Part shown: positions 1-10,211 of the stretch, in pieces | Position numbering within the stretch: the stretch's first letter is position 1 | How the letters are laid out: every line of letters starts with the position of its first letter | Assembly (NCBI GenBank): GCA_038135595.1 | Contig: JAYPXQ010000002.1 | Coordinates: 4,951-68,950, forward strand | Direction: 5' to 3' | Origin: Halieaceae bacterium | GTDB taxonomy: Bacteria > Pseudomonadota > Gammaproteobacteria > Pseudomonadales > Halieaceae | DNA length: 64,000 nt | Notes under the pieces: model-generated | The model's database searches: none | The model's input: only the letters and a program-made list of their open reading frames with translations | Told to the model about the DNA's origin: nothing | Position numbers and translations under genes: made by a program

Positions 1-1445
1 CTGCGGTTCAAAGTCAGATAGTTGAGCCCGACGTCGACCAGAAAGCGATAGCGTGCACGCAGTTCCTTCAGGATCTTATCGGCAATTTCGCCCTGGCGGC
101 CGGGAAGCGACAGAGCGTCAAAGTAGGCCTGAGCTTCACCTACGGGTAGCGCGGTGATATTCGGTAGGGTGCGATCGTCGACATAAACGCTGCGTGCGTC
201 CGCACACAGCCGCGTGCCTTCACACGCCTTGCAGGCCGCCGTCGACACGTATTTGGCCAGTTCATCACGCACGGAGGAAGACTCTGTCTCGCGATAGCGC
301 CGATCCATATTCGGGATCACGCCCTCGAACACGTGCACACGTTTAAATACCGTACCGCGGTCGTTGATATAGGAGAACTCAATCTCCTCGCCGCCACTGC
401 CATGCAGAATAATGTCCCGGTGTTTCTGGGCGAGGCTATTGAAGGGTTGGTCCATGTCAAAGCCGTAGTGCCCCGCTAGCGAGCGGAGCAGGTGAAAGTA
501 ATAAACGTTGCGTCGATCCCAGCCGCGAATTGCACCTTCGGCGAGGCTCGCCTCAGGGTGCAGTACCACTCGGCTCTCGTCGAAGAATTGGGTAACGCCA
601 AGGCCGTCGCAGCCGTCACAGGCACCGGCGGGGTTATTAAAGGAAAAGAGTCGGGGTTCGAGCTCATCGATAGAGTGGCCGCAGCTGGGGCAGGCGTAAC
701 GGGCCGAAAAAAGTGTCTCAGGACCCTCGCCCTCCATAGGCGCGACCGCCGCCACGCCGTCGGTCAGCTCAAGCGCCGTTTCAAAGGACTCAGCGAGGCG
801 CAGCTTAAGGTCCTCCCGGACTTTGAAGCGATCGATGACCACATCAATACGATGCTTTTTCTTTTTGTCGAGCGCGGGTACGTCGTCCAGATCTACCACG
901 ATGCCATCCACCCGAACGCGAATAAAGCCCGCCGCGCGCATCTGTTCAAACACGTGCAGGTGCTCGCCTTTGCGGTCGCGTACCACGGGTGCCAGCAGCA
1001 TGAGCTTGCTTCCCTCCGGCAGGGCAAGCACCGCGTCGACCATTTGCGTCACTGTCTGTGCCTTCAGTGTCACTCCATGGGTTGGGCAGCGCGGATCCCC
1101 GACCCGGGCAAAGAGCAAGCGAAGATAGTCGTAGATTTCCGTGATGGTACCGACGGTCGATCGAGGATTATGTGAGGTGGATTTTTGTTCGATAGAGATG
1201 GCAGGAGAGAGGCCCTCGATGTGGTCGACATCTGGCTTTTCCATCATCGACAAAAACTGTCTCGCGTAGGTCGAGAGTGACTCCACGTAGCGCCGCTGGC
1301 CCTCGGCGTAGAGCGTGTCGAATGCCAGGGACGATTTGCCAGAGCCCGATAGACCGGTGATCACGACCAATTTGTCTCTGGGGATATCGAGATCGATATT
1401 TTTGAGGTTATGGGTGCGCGCGCCGCGGACCTCAATGGTATCCAT
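1..1445 (-). CDS. uvrA: Excinuclease ABC subunit UvrA, N-terminal ~481 codons (3' end runs off the left edge)
   Basis: Absent from the ORF track because it is truncated. My reverse translation from CAT at 1443-1445 gives [53 protein letters not shown]..., with Walker A GLSGSGKS. The frame is still open at position 1 (...[15 protein letters not shown]). The + strand ORFs 492..1175 and 823..1128 are antisense shadows. Confidence 0.95.
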   Translation of the reverse strand, partial: MDTIEVRGARTHNLKNIDLDIPRDKLVVITGLSGSGKSSLAFDTLYAEGQRRYVESLSTYARQFLSMMEKPDVDHIEGLSPAISIEQKSTSHNPRSTVGTITEIYDYLRLLFARVGDPRCPTHGVTLKAQTVTQMVDAVLALPEGSKLMLLAPVVRDRKGEHLHVFEQMRAAGFIRVRVDGIVVDLDDVPALDKKKKHRIDVVIDRFKVREDLKLRLAESFETALELTDGVAAVAPMEGEGPETLFSARYACPSCGHSIDELEPRLFSFNNPAGACDGCDGLGVTQFFDESRVVLHPEASLAEGAIRGWDRRNVYYFHLLRSLAGHYGFDMDQPFNSLAQKHRDIILHGSGGEEIEFSYINDRGTVFKRVHVFEGVIPNMDRRYRETESSSVRDELAKYVSTAACKACEGTRLCADARSVYVDDRTLPNITALPVGEAQAYFDALSLPGRQGEIADKILKELRARYRFLVDVGLNYLTLNR

Positions 1446-1566
1446 GGGTCTTCCTGTGGGGGATTTCTGCCAACTCGACAGTATACGAGGATCCGAGGGC
1501 GACGGACTGTATCGGGCAGGTTTTTCCCCCGTGTTACACTCAAATCTCGCTCAGGCGACGAATATT

Positions 1567-2763
1567 GTGCTGTCCAAAGAACCTTTTACGAGTGTTGAAC
1601 GCCGCGCCGTCACGGGATTGGCGTGCCTCTATTGCCTGCGCATGCTCGGTCTGTTCATGGTGCTTCCCCTTTTCGCCGTCTACACGCAGGAATTGGCGGG
1701 CGCCAGCACCGCCAGTATTGGGCTGGCTCTGGGAGCCTATGGACTGACTCAGGCGCTACTGCAGGTGCCCCTCGGCTGGCTGTCTGATCGCATCGGTCGC
1801 AAGCCGGTCATTATGGGCGGCCTCTGCCTGTTGATTTGCGGCAGTCTGGTGGCGGCGTTTGCAGACACGTTGACAGAACTGGCCCTCGGGCGGTTGCTGC
1901 AGGGATCCGGGGCGATTGCATCGGCGACCATGGCGCTGGCAGCTGACTACACGCGTGTCGAGCAACGCACCAAAGCGTCCGCCATCATCGGTGCCAGTAT
2001 TGGTATCTCCTTTGCGTTGGCGCTGGTGCTGGGTCCTGTATTGGCGGCTTGGGGTGGTCTGTCGGGGGTATTTGAGGTGACCGCCGTCATGGGCGCGCTG
2101 GGCCTTGTTGTTGTCTTGCTGTGGTTGCCTGTGACACCGCAGCTCACTGAAGGCGGGCGAGCTCACCTCGCCGACCGTCAGCGCCTGGGTGAAGCCCTGT
2201 GGGGGCCTGGCTTGGGCATACTTTATGGCAGTATTTTTTGCTTACATCTGCTACTCATGGCTGCGTTCACCGCCGTCCCGGCAATCATGAGTGAGCGGGT
2301 GGGATTGCCTGCGGCGCAACATGCGTGGATGTATCTCCTAACTTTGCTCATGTCACTGCCGGGGGTAGCGTTACTGATCCGCCGCCGCGGTGAACGACAA
2401 CATCCCCGGCCGATTATTGTGGTGACTATTTTACTGGCGGTGGGTGGTTTATTTCTGGCGCTCAAGGCGAATGCGCTGTCCACACTGGGCGTAGGGCTGG
2501 TCCTGTTCTTTGTCGGGTTTACAGCGCTGGAAACGCTGCTACCGGCACTCGTATCGATGTTCGCACCCGTGTCGCTTCGGGGGACAGCGATGGGCGTTTT
2601 TTCCAGCGCGCAATTTTTTGGCGTATTCAGCGGCGGGATTGCAGGGGGTGCGGCATTGCAGTGGGGTGGCATCGAGGCGCTGGTGGCGCTTCTCTCCGGG
2701 CTTGCGGTGGTTTGGTTGGCAGGCGTCTGGCGCTACGCCCGTGCACCGGTTAGCGCGTTTTAG
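1567..2763 (+). CDS. MFS transporter
   Basis: Frame of track ORF 1315..2763. The upstream part overlaps the uvrA start, so I prefer the in-frame GTG at 1567 (VLSKEPFTSVERRAV...). Multi-TM hydrophobic profile with an MFS loop motif GWLSDRIGRKP. I recall the same uvrA/MFS/ssb arrangement in Pseudomonas. Confidence 0.8.
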   Translation: MLSKEPFTSVERRAVTGLACLYCLRMLGLFMVLPLFAVYTQELAGASTASIGLALGAYGLTQALLQVPLGWLSDRIGRKPVIMGGLCLLICGSLVAAFADTLTELALGRLLQGSGAIASATMALAADYTRVEQRTKASAIIGASIGISFALALVLGPVLAAWGGLSGVFEVTAVMGALGLVVVLLWLPVTPQLTEGGRAHLADRQRLGEALWGPGLGILYGSIFCLHLLLMAAFTAVPAIMSERVGLPAAQHAWMYLLTLLMSLPGVALLIRRRGERQHPRPIIVVTILLAVGGLFLALKANALSTLGVGLVLFFVGFTALETLLPALVSMFAPVSLRGTAMGVFSSAQFFGVFSGGIAGGAALQWGGIEALVALLSGLAVVWLAGVWRYARAPVSAF

Positions 2764-2884
2764 GCGAGTAAATGTCAGAGAATGATGTACCCGAGGAGCG
2801 GTAGCGTTGCTATAGTCTCGGACGTGTTAGATAAAACCGGAGGCCGCACGAGCAGCCTATCCCGGTGCAAATTTGGAGAACCTT

Positions 2885-3331
2885 ATGGCCTCGCGTGGCA
2901 TTAACAAAGTGATTTTGGTTGGGAATCTGGGCAATGACCCCGAGCATCGCGTGCTCCCCTCGGGGGGCGGTGTCACCAACGTGAGTCTCGCCACTTCGGA
3001 GAGCTGGCGCGATAAAAATACCGGTGAGCAGCAGGAGCGCACCGAGTGGCACAGGGTGGTATTTTTTAATCGACTCTCCGAGATCGCCGCCGAGTACCTG
3101 AAAAAAGGGTCCAAAGTGTATGTTGAGGGGTCCCTACGAACCCGGAAATGGCAGGACCAGTCTGGGCAGGATCGCTACACGACAGAAATTGTCGCCCAGG
3201 AAATGCAAATGCTCGACAGCCGCGGGGGCATGCAGGACGGTGGCGGCTATCAGCCTGCACCCGCCGCCAGTGCGCCTGCGGCCAGCAATCCCGCGCCCAT
3301 TGATTTTCCGGAAGACGACATCCCGTTCTAA
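2885..3331 (+). CDS. ssb: Single-stranded DNA-binding protein
   Basis: [20 protein letters not shown]...[11 protein letters not shown]-fold core, a Gly/Pro/Ala-rich linker and the acidic C-terminal tip DDIPF. Start taken at the second ATG (2885) of track ORF 2873..3331. Confidence 0.95.
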   Translation: MASRGINKVILVGNLGNDPEHRVLPSGGGVTNVSLATSESWRDKNTGEQQERTEWHRVVFFNRLSEIAAEYLKKGSKVYVEGSLRTRKWQDQSGQDRYTTEIVAQEMQMLDSRGGMQDGGGYQPAPAASAPAASNPAPIDFPEDDIPF

Positions 3332-3360
3332 TCGATGGGCAGATTGATGCCCGGTAATGG

Positions 3361-4248
3361 ATGGGTCTGATTCCCGTGCGTATTTTGGTTTTAGGCTTGG
3401 ACTCTCCTCTGGGGTTTTCACTGAGGTCATTTGCCGCGCCTTTGATGCGCCATGAAATCATTGGCGTCGATATGGATGCGACGCGTTGGCGCCGCGAGCG
3501 GCAGGTAAAAAAGCTGATTCGCCGACAAAGTGTCGATCTGATTCTGGATGCCCGGCTCGTCACCCAGATCGACGGTGTTGATCCTGTTGGCCAACCCGAT
3601 CTCGAGCGAACACGGTGGCTGGCTGGTCTGGCCGCGCGCGACCACATTGCCTATTTGTTTCTGTCCAGTGCGCGGGTCTTCTCGGGCACGTTGTCCCGTC
3701 CGTACCGCGAGACCGATCAACCCGACGCCACTGATTCGGTTGGTCGGACCCTCATCGAGGTCGAGCAGTTACTCAGGGAGACGGTGGACGAGATTTTTAT
3801 TTTACGTCTGGGCCTGATGTTCGGCGGTCGTCGTCCGAATCCGCTCGCGAGGGCGCTGGATGCCCTCTCAAGAGGAGACCGAGTCAAGGTGAGCGAGCAG
3901 GTCCGGGGCAGCCCGGTTCACGTTGCTGAGGTGGCGCGGGTCATTCACGGCATCATTGATCAACTGGGTGCAGGCGCGCCGAGGACAGGCCTCTATCACT
4001 ACAGTGGTATCGGCGAGGTCAACGCGTATTCGTTTATGGAGGCAGTGCTGGCCAATGCGTCGCAGTATGCGCCGTTTAGGGGGGCTAGGGAGCTGATGGA
4101 GCTGACCAGTGAGGGTTCCAATGTGACCACCAGTCTAAGTCTTGATTGCGCCGAAATTCGTCACCAGTTCGGTATTCAGCAACTGAGCTGGCGAGAATTT
4201 GTTCCGCGGGCGGTGCAACGCTACATTGAACTCTACGCAGAGGGATGA
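3361..4248 (+). CDS. RmlD-like (dTDP-4-dehydrorhamnose reductase fold) SDR-family protein, probably catalytically inactive
   Basis: RmlD-like blocks are present (SSARVFSG...PYRETDQP, ILRLGLMFG, GLYHYSG). The N-terminal GxxGxxG is degenerate (GLDSPLG) and the YxxxK region reads DSVGRTLIEVE. The start may be GTG 3376 (VRILVLG...). Confidence 0.55.
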   Translation: MGLIPVRILVLGLDSPLGFSLRSFAAPLMRHEIIGVDMDATRWRRERQVKKLIRRQSVDLILDARLVTQIDGVDPVGQPDLERTRWLAGLAARDHIAYLFLSSARVFSGTLSRPYRETDQPDATDSVGRTLIEVEQLLRETVDEIFILRLGLMFGGRRPNPLARALDALSRGDRVKVSEQVRGSPVHVAEVARVIHGIIDQLGAGAPRTGLYHYSGIGEVNAYSFMEAVLANASQYAPFRGARELMELTSEGSNVTTSLSLDCAEIRHQFGIQQLSWREFVPRAVQRYIELYAEG

Positions 4249-4258
4249 GAACGACATT

Positions 4259-4756
4259 ATGAGCACAGCCTTGAATGTGGCCGTACTGACTGTGAGCGAT
4301 ACTCGCACTACTGACACCGATACCTCGGGCGCTTTTCTTGAAGAAGCGTTGAGGTCGGCGGGTCACGCCGTGGTCGATCGACAGATTGTGATTGACGATA
4401 TTTATCAGCTCCGTGCGGTGGTATCCCAGTGGATCGCAGATCCCGGCGTAGAGGTGGTGCTGACAACCGGAGGCACGGGGTTCTCAGGACGTGATTCCAC
4501 GCCAGAGGCTGTGGCGCCTCTTTTCGACAAGGTCATCGAAGGTTTTGGAGAGGTATTTCGGGCGCTGAGTCTCGACGACATCGGCTCTTCCACGATTCAA
4601 TCCCGAGCCCTGGCGGGGTTGGCAAATGGAACCGTGATTTTTTGTATGCCCGGATCGACCGGGGCCTGCCGCACGGCGTGGGAGGGCGTGATTCGGGATC
4701 AGCTCGACAGCGAGCATCGGCCGTGTAACTTTGTTGGGGTGTTGCGGGGGCACTAA
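4259..4756 (+). CDS. moaB: Molybdenum cofactor biosynthesis protein B
   Basis: [17 protein letters not shown]...[19 protein letters not shown]... is the MoaB/MogA fold signature. ATG at 4259 lies within track ORF 4199..4756. Confidence 0.9.
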   Translation: MSTALNVAVLTVSDTRTTDTDTSGAFLEEALRSAGHAVVDRQIVIDDIYQLRAVVSQWIADPGVEVVLTTGGTGFSGRDSTPEAVAPLFDKVIEGFGEVFRALSLDDIGSSTIQSRALAGLANGTVIFCMPGSTGACRTAWEGVIRDQLDSEHRPCNFVGVLRGH

Positions 4757-4759
4757 GAC

Positions 4760-5971
4760 ATGTCATTAACCCCACTGGCGGACGCGCTCGAGATCATCCT
4801 TGATTCGGTTGACCGAGTTCCCAATGCCGAGCCAGTGGGGCTCGAAGTGGCGCTCAATCGATATGTCGCCGAAGCGGTTGTCGCGCCTTGCGCTGTGCCG
4901 CCGGCCGATAATAGCGCCATGGACGGTTACGCCGTCTGTAGCACTGACGTCCCCGGCCTGTTGCCAGTGAGCCAACGTATTCCCGCGGGTCAGCCGCCGC
5001 TGGCTTTGGCGCCTGGAACGGCAGCACGTATCTTTACCGGTGCCGAAATCCCCCCCGGGGCAGATGCCGTCATCCCTCAGGAGGACGCAGAGGCGACCGC
5101 CGCTGGCGTGCGCTTGCCACCTGTGAGTGAAGGACAGCATATCAGGCGCCAAGGCGACGATATTCGACCGGGTGACTGTTTGGTGCAACGAGGGCAGTGT
5201 TTGCGGCCACAGGATGTTGGCTTGCTCGCCTCGGTCGGTATTAACACGGTATCGGTCTATCGCCCCTTGCGTGTGGCAATACTCACCACTGGCGATGAGT
5301 TGCGTGATCCCGGTAAGGGTGAACTCGACCCTGGGCAAATCTTCAACAGTAACCGGTTTGTACTGGCGCATCAGGTTCAGGCGCTTGGCTTTGAGGTGAC
5401 GGAGAACCGTCATGTTCCCGATGTCCCGGCCAGAATTGCGGCAGCGTTGCAAAGTGCGGCTGCGAGCGCCGATTGCATCGTGACGGCCGGCGGTGTGTCG
5501 GTAGGGGAGGAGGATCATGTCCGGGGAGAGATCGAGAAGCAGGGGACTTTGGCGATCTGGCGCCTGGCGATTAAGCCGGGTAAGCCACTGGCATTTGGTG
5601 AAGTGCAGGGCACTCCCATATTTGGATTGCCCGGCAATCCGGTCTCGGCTTGGATCACTTTTGCGCTGGTTGCAAGACCATGGCTGGTGAAGCGTCAGGG
5701 TGGGATGCTCCCAGTGGTGCCGCGTTTTCCGGTGCAGGCCCGCTTTACTATCGCGCGACCGGGCTCGCGAGAGGAGTTCTTACGCGTGCGTCTGGTGGGC
5801 CAGGGGCTGGCAATGGGGGCGGAGTTAACCGGTAGTCAAAGCTCTGGCGTGTTGACCAGCTTGAGTGCAGCCGATGGGTTGGCAGTGCTACCCGCGGGTG
5901 TAACCGTGACACCGGGAGATTGGGTCGAGGTGATTCCCTTGAGCGCGCTGTGGCAACCGGGATTCGGGTAG
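4760..5971 (+). CDS. moeA: Molybdopterin molybdenumtransferase
   Basis: 403 aa. MoeA-type blocks include PPADNSAMDGYAV, ILTTGDEL, VTAGGVSVGEEDHV and FGLPGNPVSA. It starts 3 nt after moaB. Confidence 0.92.
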   Translation: MSLTPLADALEIILDSVDRVPNAEPVGLEVALNRYVAEAVVAPCAVPPADNSAMDGYAVCSTDVPGLLPVSQRIPAGQPPLALAPGTAARIFTGAEIPPGADAVIPQEDAEATAAGVRLPPVSEGQHIRRQGDDIRPGDCLVQRGQCLRPQDVGLLASVGINTVSVYRPLRVAILTTGDELRDPGKGELDPGQIFNSNRFVLAHQVQALGFEVTENRHVPDVPARIAAALQSAAASADCIVTAGGVSVGEEDHVRGEIEKQGTLAIWRLAIKPGKPLAFGEVQGTPIFGLPGNPVSAWITFALVARPWLVKRQGGMLPVVPRFPVQARFTIARPGSREEFLRVRLVGQGLAMGAELTGSQSSGVLTSLSAADGLAVLPAGVTVTPGDWVEVIPLSALWQPGFG

Positions 5972-5973
5972 CC

Positions 5974-7194
5974 TCAGGCCCGATACCGTCGAAAGATCAA
6001 CGTAGCGTTGGTACCACCAAAGCCGAAGCTGTTGGACATCACCTGCTCCAGCTGTGTGTTATCCAAGCGTTCCAGGACAATCGGCATACCCGCTGCGCCC
6101 TCGTCCAAGGTATCGATATTGGCCGACGCGGCGACGAAGTCGTCACCCAACATGAGAAGAGAATAAATCGCTTCCTGAACGCCTGCCGCACCCAGTGAAT
6201 GGCCGGAGAGTGATTTGGTAGAGCCAATCATCGGCGCGCTGTCACCAAACACCGTGCGCATGGCATTGAGTTCCTGAATATCCCCTGCCGGGGTGCTGGT
6301 GCCATGGGCGTTAATGTAGTCGATACGACCCTCAAGCCCGTGCATGGCCTGTTGCATACACCGTATTGCGCCCTCTCCAGACGGTGCCACCATGTCATAG
6401 CCATCTGAGGTCGCTCCATAGCCCACCAATTCAGCCAGGATCGGGGCGCCTCTCGCTTGGGCGTGACTCAAAGATTCCAGCACTAACATACCGCCGCCGC
6501 CGGCGATCACGAAGCCGTCACGATCTGCGTCGTAGGCTCGAGAGGCCCGCTCGGGGGTCTCGTTATATTGGGTCGACAGCGCACCCATGGCGTCGAACAG
6601 CGCGCTCATGGTCCAGTGCAACTCCTCGCCACCGCCCGCAAAAACCACGTCCTGCTTACCGAGCTGGATGAGTTCCATGGCGTGTCCGATACAGTGAGCA
6701 CTGGTGGAGCATGCTGAGGAGATAGAGTAGTTGACGCCCTTGATCTGAAATGGCGTTGCGAGGCAGGCAGATACGGTGCTGCCCATAGTCTGGGTAACGC
6801 GGTAGGGTCCCACCCGTCGGATACCGCGGTCTCGCAAAATGTCAGCTGCCTCGACCTGATTCGAGGAGGAGGCACCGCCCGAGCCCGCCACGATACCCGT
6901 GCGAGGATGTGATATCTGTTGCGCGGTCAGTCCAGACTGGGTAATGGCTTGCTGCAGGCTGAGGTAGGCGTAGCCCGCCGCATCCCCCATAAATCGCCAC
7001 TGTTTTCGATCAATATGTTCGGCCAGATCGATTTGGGGAATGCCCGCAACGTGCGAGCGCATACCGGCTTCAATGTGGGCCTGGCAGGTTGCTATGCCTG
7101 ATCTTCCGTCGAATAACGCTTCCTTTACTGATGGTGGGTCATTGCCCAAGCAGGAAATGATGCCCATCCCGGTGACGACAACGCGCTCCAGCAT
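5974..7194 (-). CDS. fabB: 3-oxoacyl-ACP synthase I (KAS I)
   Basis: 406 aa. [18 protein letters not shown]..., active-site SSACSTS, HGTSTP, and C-terminal [13 protein letters not shown]. It lies immediately downstream of fabA, with a TGATG stop/start overlap. Confidence 0.93.
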   Translation of the reverse strand: MLERVVVTGMGIISCLGNDPPSVKEALFDGRSGIATCQAHIEAGMRSHVAGIPQIDLAEHIDRKQWRFMGDAAGYAYLSLQQAITQSGLTAQQISHPRTGIVAGSGGASSSNQVEAADILRDRGIRRVGPYRVTQTMGSTVSACLATPFQIKGVNYSISSACSTSAHCIGHAMELIQLGKQDVVFAGGGEELHWTMSALFDAMGALSTQYNETPERASRAYDADRDGFVIAGGGGMLVLESLSHAQARGAPILAELVGYGATSDGYDMVAPSGEGAIRCMQQAMHGLEGRIDYINAHGTSTPAGDIQELNAMRTVFGDSAPMIGSTKSLSGHSLGAAGVQEAIYSLLMLGDDFVAASANIDTLDEGAAGMPIVLERLDNTQLEQVMSNSFGFGGTNATLIFRRYRA

Positions 7195-7727
7195 CAGAGT
7201 GACTCCGTATTCTTAAAGAGGCCGACCCGCAGATCGGTAGCGGTATAAATGACTTCTCCATCAACGGACACTGAGCCGTCGGCAATACCCATCACGAGCT
7301 TTCGTTCAATCACACGTTTCATGTGGATGTGGTAGCGCACCAGTGAGTGGCTTGGCAGGATCTGCCCGGTGAATTTGACCTCGCCGGAGCCCAGCGCTCG
7401 CCCGCGCCCGGGATTACCGCGCCAGCCAAGGAAAAAACCGACCAGTTGCCACATGGCGTCGAGTCCCAGGCACCCGGGCATCACCGGATCTCCTGGGAAG
7501 TGGCAATCGAAAAACCATAAATCGGGATGGATATCCAGCTCTGCTATGAGCTCTCCCTTGCCTGCCGAACCGCCCTCGGAGCTGATGTGGGTGATGCGAT
7601 CGACCATCAGCATGTTGTCTACCGGTAGTTGGGCATTGCCGGGCCCAAAGAGCTCGCCCAACCCGCAGGCTACCAGGTCTGCCTTGTCGTAATGGGCCTG
7701 GGGGACAAAGGTCGAGCGTTCAGTCAT
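7194..7727 (-). CDS. fabA: 3-hydroxydecanoyl-ACP dehydratase/isomerase
   Basis: [22 protein letters not shown]...[31 protein letters not shown] is the classic FabA active-site region. The N-terminal 46 codons of track ORF 7194..7865 look non-coding, so the start is taken at 7727. Confidence 0.93.
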   Translation of the reverse strand: MTERSTFVPQAHYDKADLVACGLGELFGPGNAQLPVDNMLMVDRITHISSEGGSAGKGELIAELDIHPDLWFFDCHFPGDPVMPGCLGLDAMWQLVGFFLGWRGNPGRGRALGSGEVKFTGQILPSHSLVRYHIHMKRVIERKLVMGIADGSVSVDGEVIYTATDLRVGLFKNTESL

Positions 7728-7962
7728 GCCTTGGGTTTCCGTGGGGATAGAGCGGTTTAAAGCGGGGCGCGAGGGCCTGATGGCACCGCCTCGATCTGGG
7801 GCCGCAATTGTAGTGCAATGCCCCAGCAGGATCCAGATAGGAGCGGCCAGCCGCGAGGTGCACAAAAATCGGCTTGAATGCTGACCCCGGGCTGAGCGCT
7901 AAGGGTGAAAACCCACTCTGTATCCAGTAGCATCGCGCCCCTATCCAGAACGGTTGAGTCTT

Positions 7963-9381
7963 ATGTTAGTACCCGTTTTACTCTCTGGCGGTGTTGGTAG
8001 CCGACTCTGGCCTGTGTCCCGGGCGGCGCGACCCAAGCAGTTTTTGCCCTTGGGCGGCGAGGGTTCAATGTTGCAGGAGACCCTGCGACGCCTCAGCGGT
8101 CTCGAGTGCCGCCCGCCTATGGTGGTATGCAATGCCGAGCACCGCTTCATGGTCGCTGAGCAACTGCGCGGAGAGTCTATGGCTCCCCCCGAGATCATCC
8201 TCGAGCCTGCGGGGCGCAATACCGCCCCGGCCATTGCACTGGCAGCGCTTCAGGTCAGACAGCACGATCCCCAGTCCCTGTTGTTGGTATTACCCGCAGA
8301 TCACCACATCGTTGAGCCCACAAAGTTCTGCGAAGCGGTCGTCCGCGCGGCCTCCGAGGCGCGCGAGGGCCGACTGATGACCTTCGGCGTGGTGCCCACG
8401 CGCGCAGAGACTGGTTATGGCTATGTTCGCGCTGGAGAAAGCCTCGCCACGGGGCTGTTTGATCTCGCAGAGTTTGTTGAAAAGCCCGATCTCGCTACGG
8501 CCGAGTCTTACATTGCTGCGGGCACCTACTTTTGGAACAGTGGAATGTTCCTGTTTCGAGCTGATCGGTATCTTGAGGAGCTGGCTTTGCACCAGCCGGA
8601 GATGTTGGCCGCGTGCGAGCGTGCCATGGCTGCCGCGACTCAGGATCTGGATTTTATTCGACCTGATGAGGCCGCATTTCTCGCCTCCCCGGCAGATAGC
8701 ATCGACTACGCCGTGATGGAAAAAACAACCCACGGCGGCGTCGCGACACTTGATTGCGGATGGAGTGACGTCGGCGCTTGGTCGGCGCTGTGGGAGTTGG
8801 GGCTGGGAGATGAACAGGGCAACGTCACCCGGGGTGATGTGGTGTTGCAGGACGCTCAGGGTAGCTATGTACACAGCGAGAGTCGCTTGGTGACCGCCCT
8901 CGGTATTGAAGATCTTGTGATCGTAGAAACGCCCGACGCAGTGATGGTCAGTCCCAAGCAACGGGTTCAAGACATCAAACAACTGGTAGATACCCTAAGC
9001 CGGGCAGATCGCTCTGAGGCGACCGTCCACCACCGGGTTTTCAGGCCCTGGGGAGCCTACGAATCGTTGGTTGTGGGCGAGCATTTTCAGGTCAAGCGCC
9101 TTACCGTCAATCCCGGACAAACACTGTCACTGCAGTTACACCATAAGCGCGCTGAGCACTGGGTGGTGGTATCCGGTGTGGCAGATATTGTCCGGGGCGA
9201 GGAGCACCTGACATTGGGCCCTGACGAATCTACCTATATACCTCTTGGCATGAAGCACCGTTTGGCCAATCGTGGCGAGACACCGCTCGAAGTGATTGAG
9301 GTCCAGTCCGGGTCGTATCTGGGTGAAGATGATATCGTGCGATTTGACGATGTTTATGGCAGGGAGGAGCCCGCGGCGTGA
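7963..9381 (+). CDS. manC: Bifunctional mannose-1-phosphate guanylyltransferase / mannose-6-phosphate isomerase
   Basis: MLVPVLLSGGVGSRLWPVSR... nucleotidyltransferase N-terminus plus a C-terminal cupin (HHKRAEHWVVVSG...). ATG 7963 is preferred over the track TTG at 7954. Confidence 0.9.
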   Translation: MLVPVLLSGGVGSRLWPVSRAARPKQFLPLGGEGSMLQETLRRLSGLECRPPMVVCNAEHRFMVAEQLRGESMAPPEIILEPAGRNTAPAIALAALQVRQHDPQSLLLVLPADHHIVEPTKFCEAVVRAASEAREGRLMTFGVVPTRAETGYGYVRAGESLATGLFDLAEFVEKPDLATAESYIAAGTYFWNSGMFLFRADRYLEELALHQPEMLAACERAMAAATQDLDFIRPDEAAFLASPADSIDYAVMEKTTHGGVATLDCGWSDVGAWSALWELGLGDEQGNVTRGDVVLQDAQGSYVHSESRLVTALGIEDLVIVETPDAVMVSPKQRVQDIKQLVDTLSRADRSEATVHHRVFRPWGAYESLVVGEHFQVKRLTVNPGQTLSLQLHHKRAEHWVVVSGVADIVRGEEHLTLGPDESTYIPLGMKHRLANRGETPLEVIEVQSGSYLGEDDIVRFDDVYGREEPAA

Positions 9382-10211
9382 TCAAAAAATGTCTGTTTCC
9401 GGTGGCGGGGTATGGCACGCGGTTCCTGCCCGCCACCAAGAGTATGCCGAAGGAAATGCTACCGATCGTCAATAAACCCCTCGTGCAGTATGGCGTTGAA
9501 GAAGCCATCGAGGCGGGCATGCTGAACTGTGCATTGGTGACGGGTCGAGGCAAGCGAGCCATCGCAGACCATTTTGATATTAGTTACGAACTCGAGCATC
9601 AGATCGCCGGTTCCTCCAAGGAGCAATACTTGACGGGTATTCGTGATGTGATCGAGCGCGGCGTGTTTACCATGGTACGCCAACGCGCGATGCTGGGTTT
9701 GGGGCACGCCATTCTGACAGGCGAACCCTTGATCGGTGATCAACCCTTCGGTGTGGTGCTATCCGATGACCTATGCCTGAATGGCAGTGGCCCGGGCGTA
9801 CTGGCCCAAATGGCTGCACTTTACGAGGAGTTTCAGTGCTCCATCGTCGCGGTACAGGAAGTGCCCATGACAGATATCCACCAGTACGGCGTCGCGGCGG
9901 GGACGCCGGAGCGCGAAGGCTTGACCCGCGTTACGGCGATGGTAGAGAAGCCGCCGCGGGAGGAGGCGCCCTCGAATCTTGCGGTCATCGGCCGATACAT
10001 TCTCACCCCAGATATCTTTGACATTATCCGCAGCACGCCTCCCGGTCGGAATGGGGAGGTGCAATTGACTGACGCTTTGCAAGTGCAGGCCAGTGAGGGG
10101 CGCGTGCTGGCTTACCGGTTCCAAGGGCAACGTTTTGACTGCGGTAGCGTACCGGGATTTGTAGAGGCGACTCAGCACGTGTACGAGCATTACTACGGCC
10201 GCGACCAATGA
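9378..10211 (+). CDS. galU: UTP--glucose-1-phosphate uridylyltransferase
   Basis: [42 protein letters not shown] is the GalU signature. GTG start overlaps the manC stop. Confidence 0.92.
   Translation: MIKKCLFPVAGYGTRFLPATKSMPKEMLPIVNKPLVQYGVEEAIEAGMLNCALVTGRGKRAIADHFDISYELEHQIAGSSKEQYLTGIRDVIERGVFTMVRQRAMLGLGHAILTGEPLIGDQPFGVVLSDDLCLNGSGPGVLAQMAALYEEFQCSIVAVQEVPMTDIHQYGVAAGTPEREGLTRVTAMVEKPPREEAPSNLAVIGRYILTPDIFDIIRSTPPGRNGEVQLTDALQVQASEGRVLAYRFQGQRFDCGSVPGFVEATQHVYEHYYGRDQ

Noticed and set aside
492-1175. 227-aa + strand ORF (and the nested 823..1128) at the left edge
   Set aside because: It lies antisense to an unmistakable UvrA reading frame, and its translation has no recognisable motifs. 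This is a typical shadow ORF in GC-rich DNA.
1467-1481. LexA/SOS-box-like CTG...CAG element (CTGCCAACTCGACAG) in the uvrA/MFS divergent region
   Set aside because: The spacing is CTG-N9-CAG (15 nt), one short of the gammaproteobacterial CTGT-N8-ACAG (16 nt) box, and the flanks do not match TACTGTATAT-type sequence. I found no convincing LexA box upstream of uvrA or ssb.
7728-7865. N-terminal extensions offered by the ORF track for fabA. The same applies to hemH (19306-19347), ACAD2 (20670-20804), the dipeptidase (24378-24443), galK (27473-27610), galT (28666-28782), the oxygenase (35379-35432), LysR (43034-43177), ltaE (48864-48968), PQQ-sDH (54396-54770), the OMP (55947-56051), the porin (57753-57902) and the P450 (62824-62928).
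   Set aside because: The extensions lack family similarity, overlap upstream genes or AT-rich promoter DNA, and internal ATGs give canonical N-termini or signal peptides.
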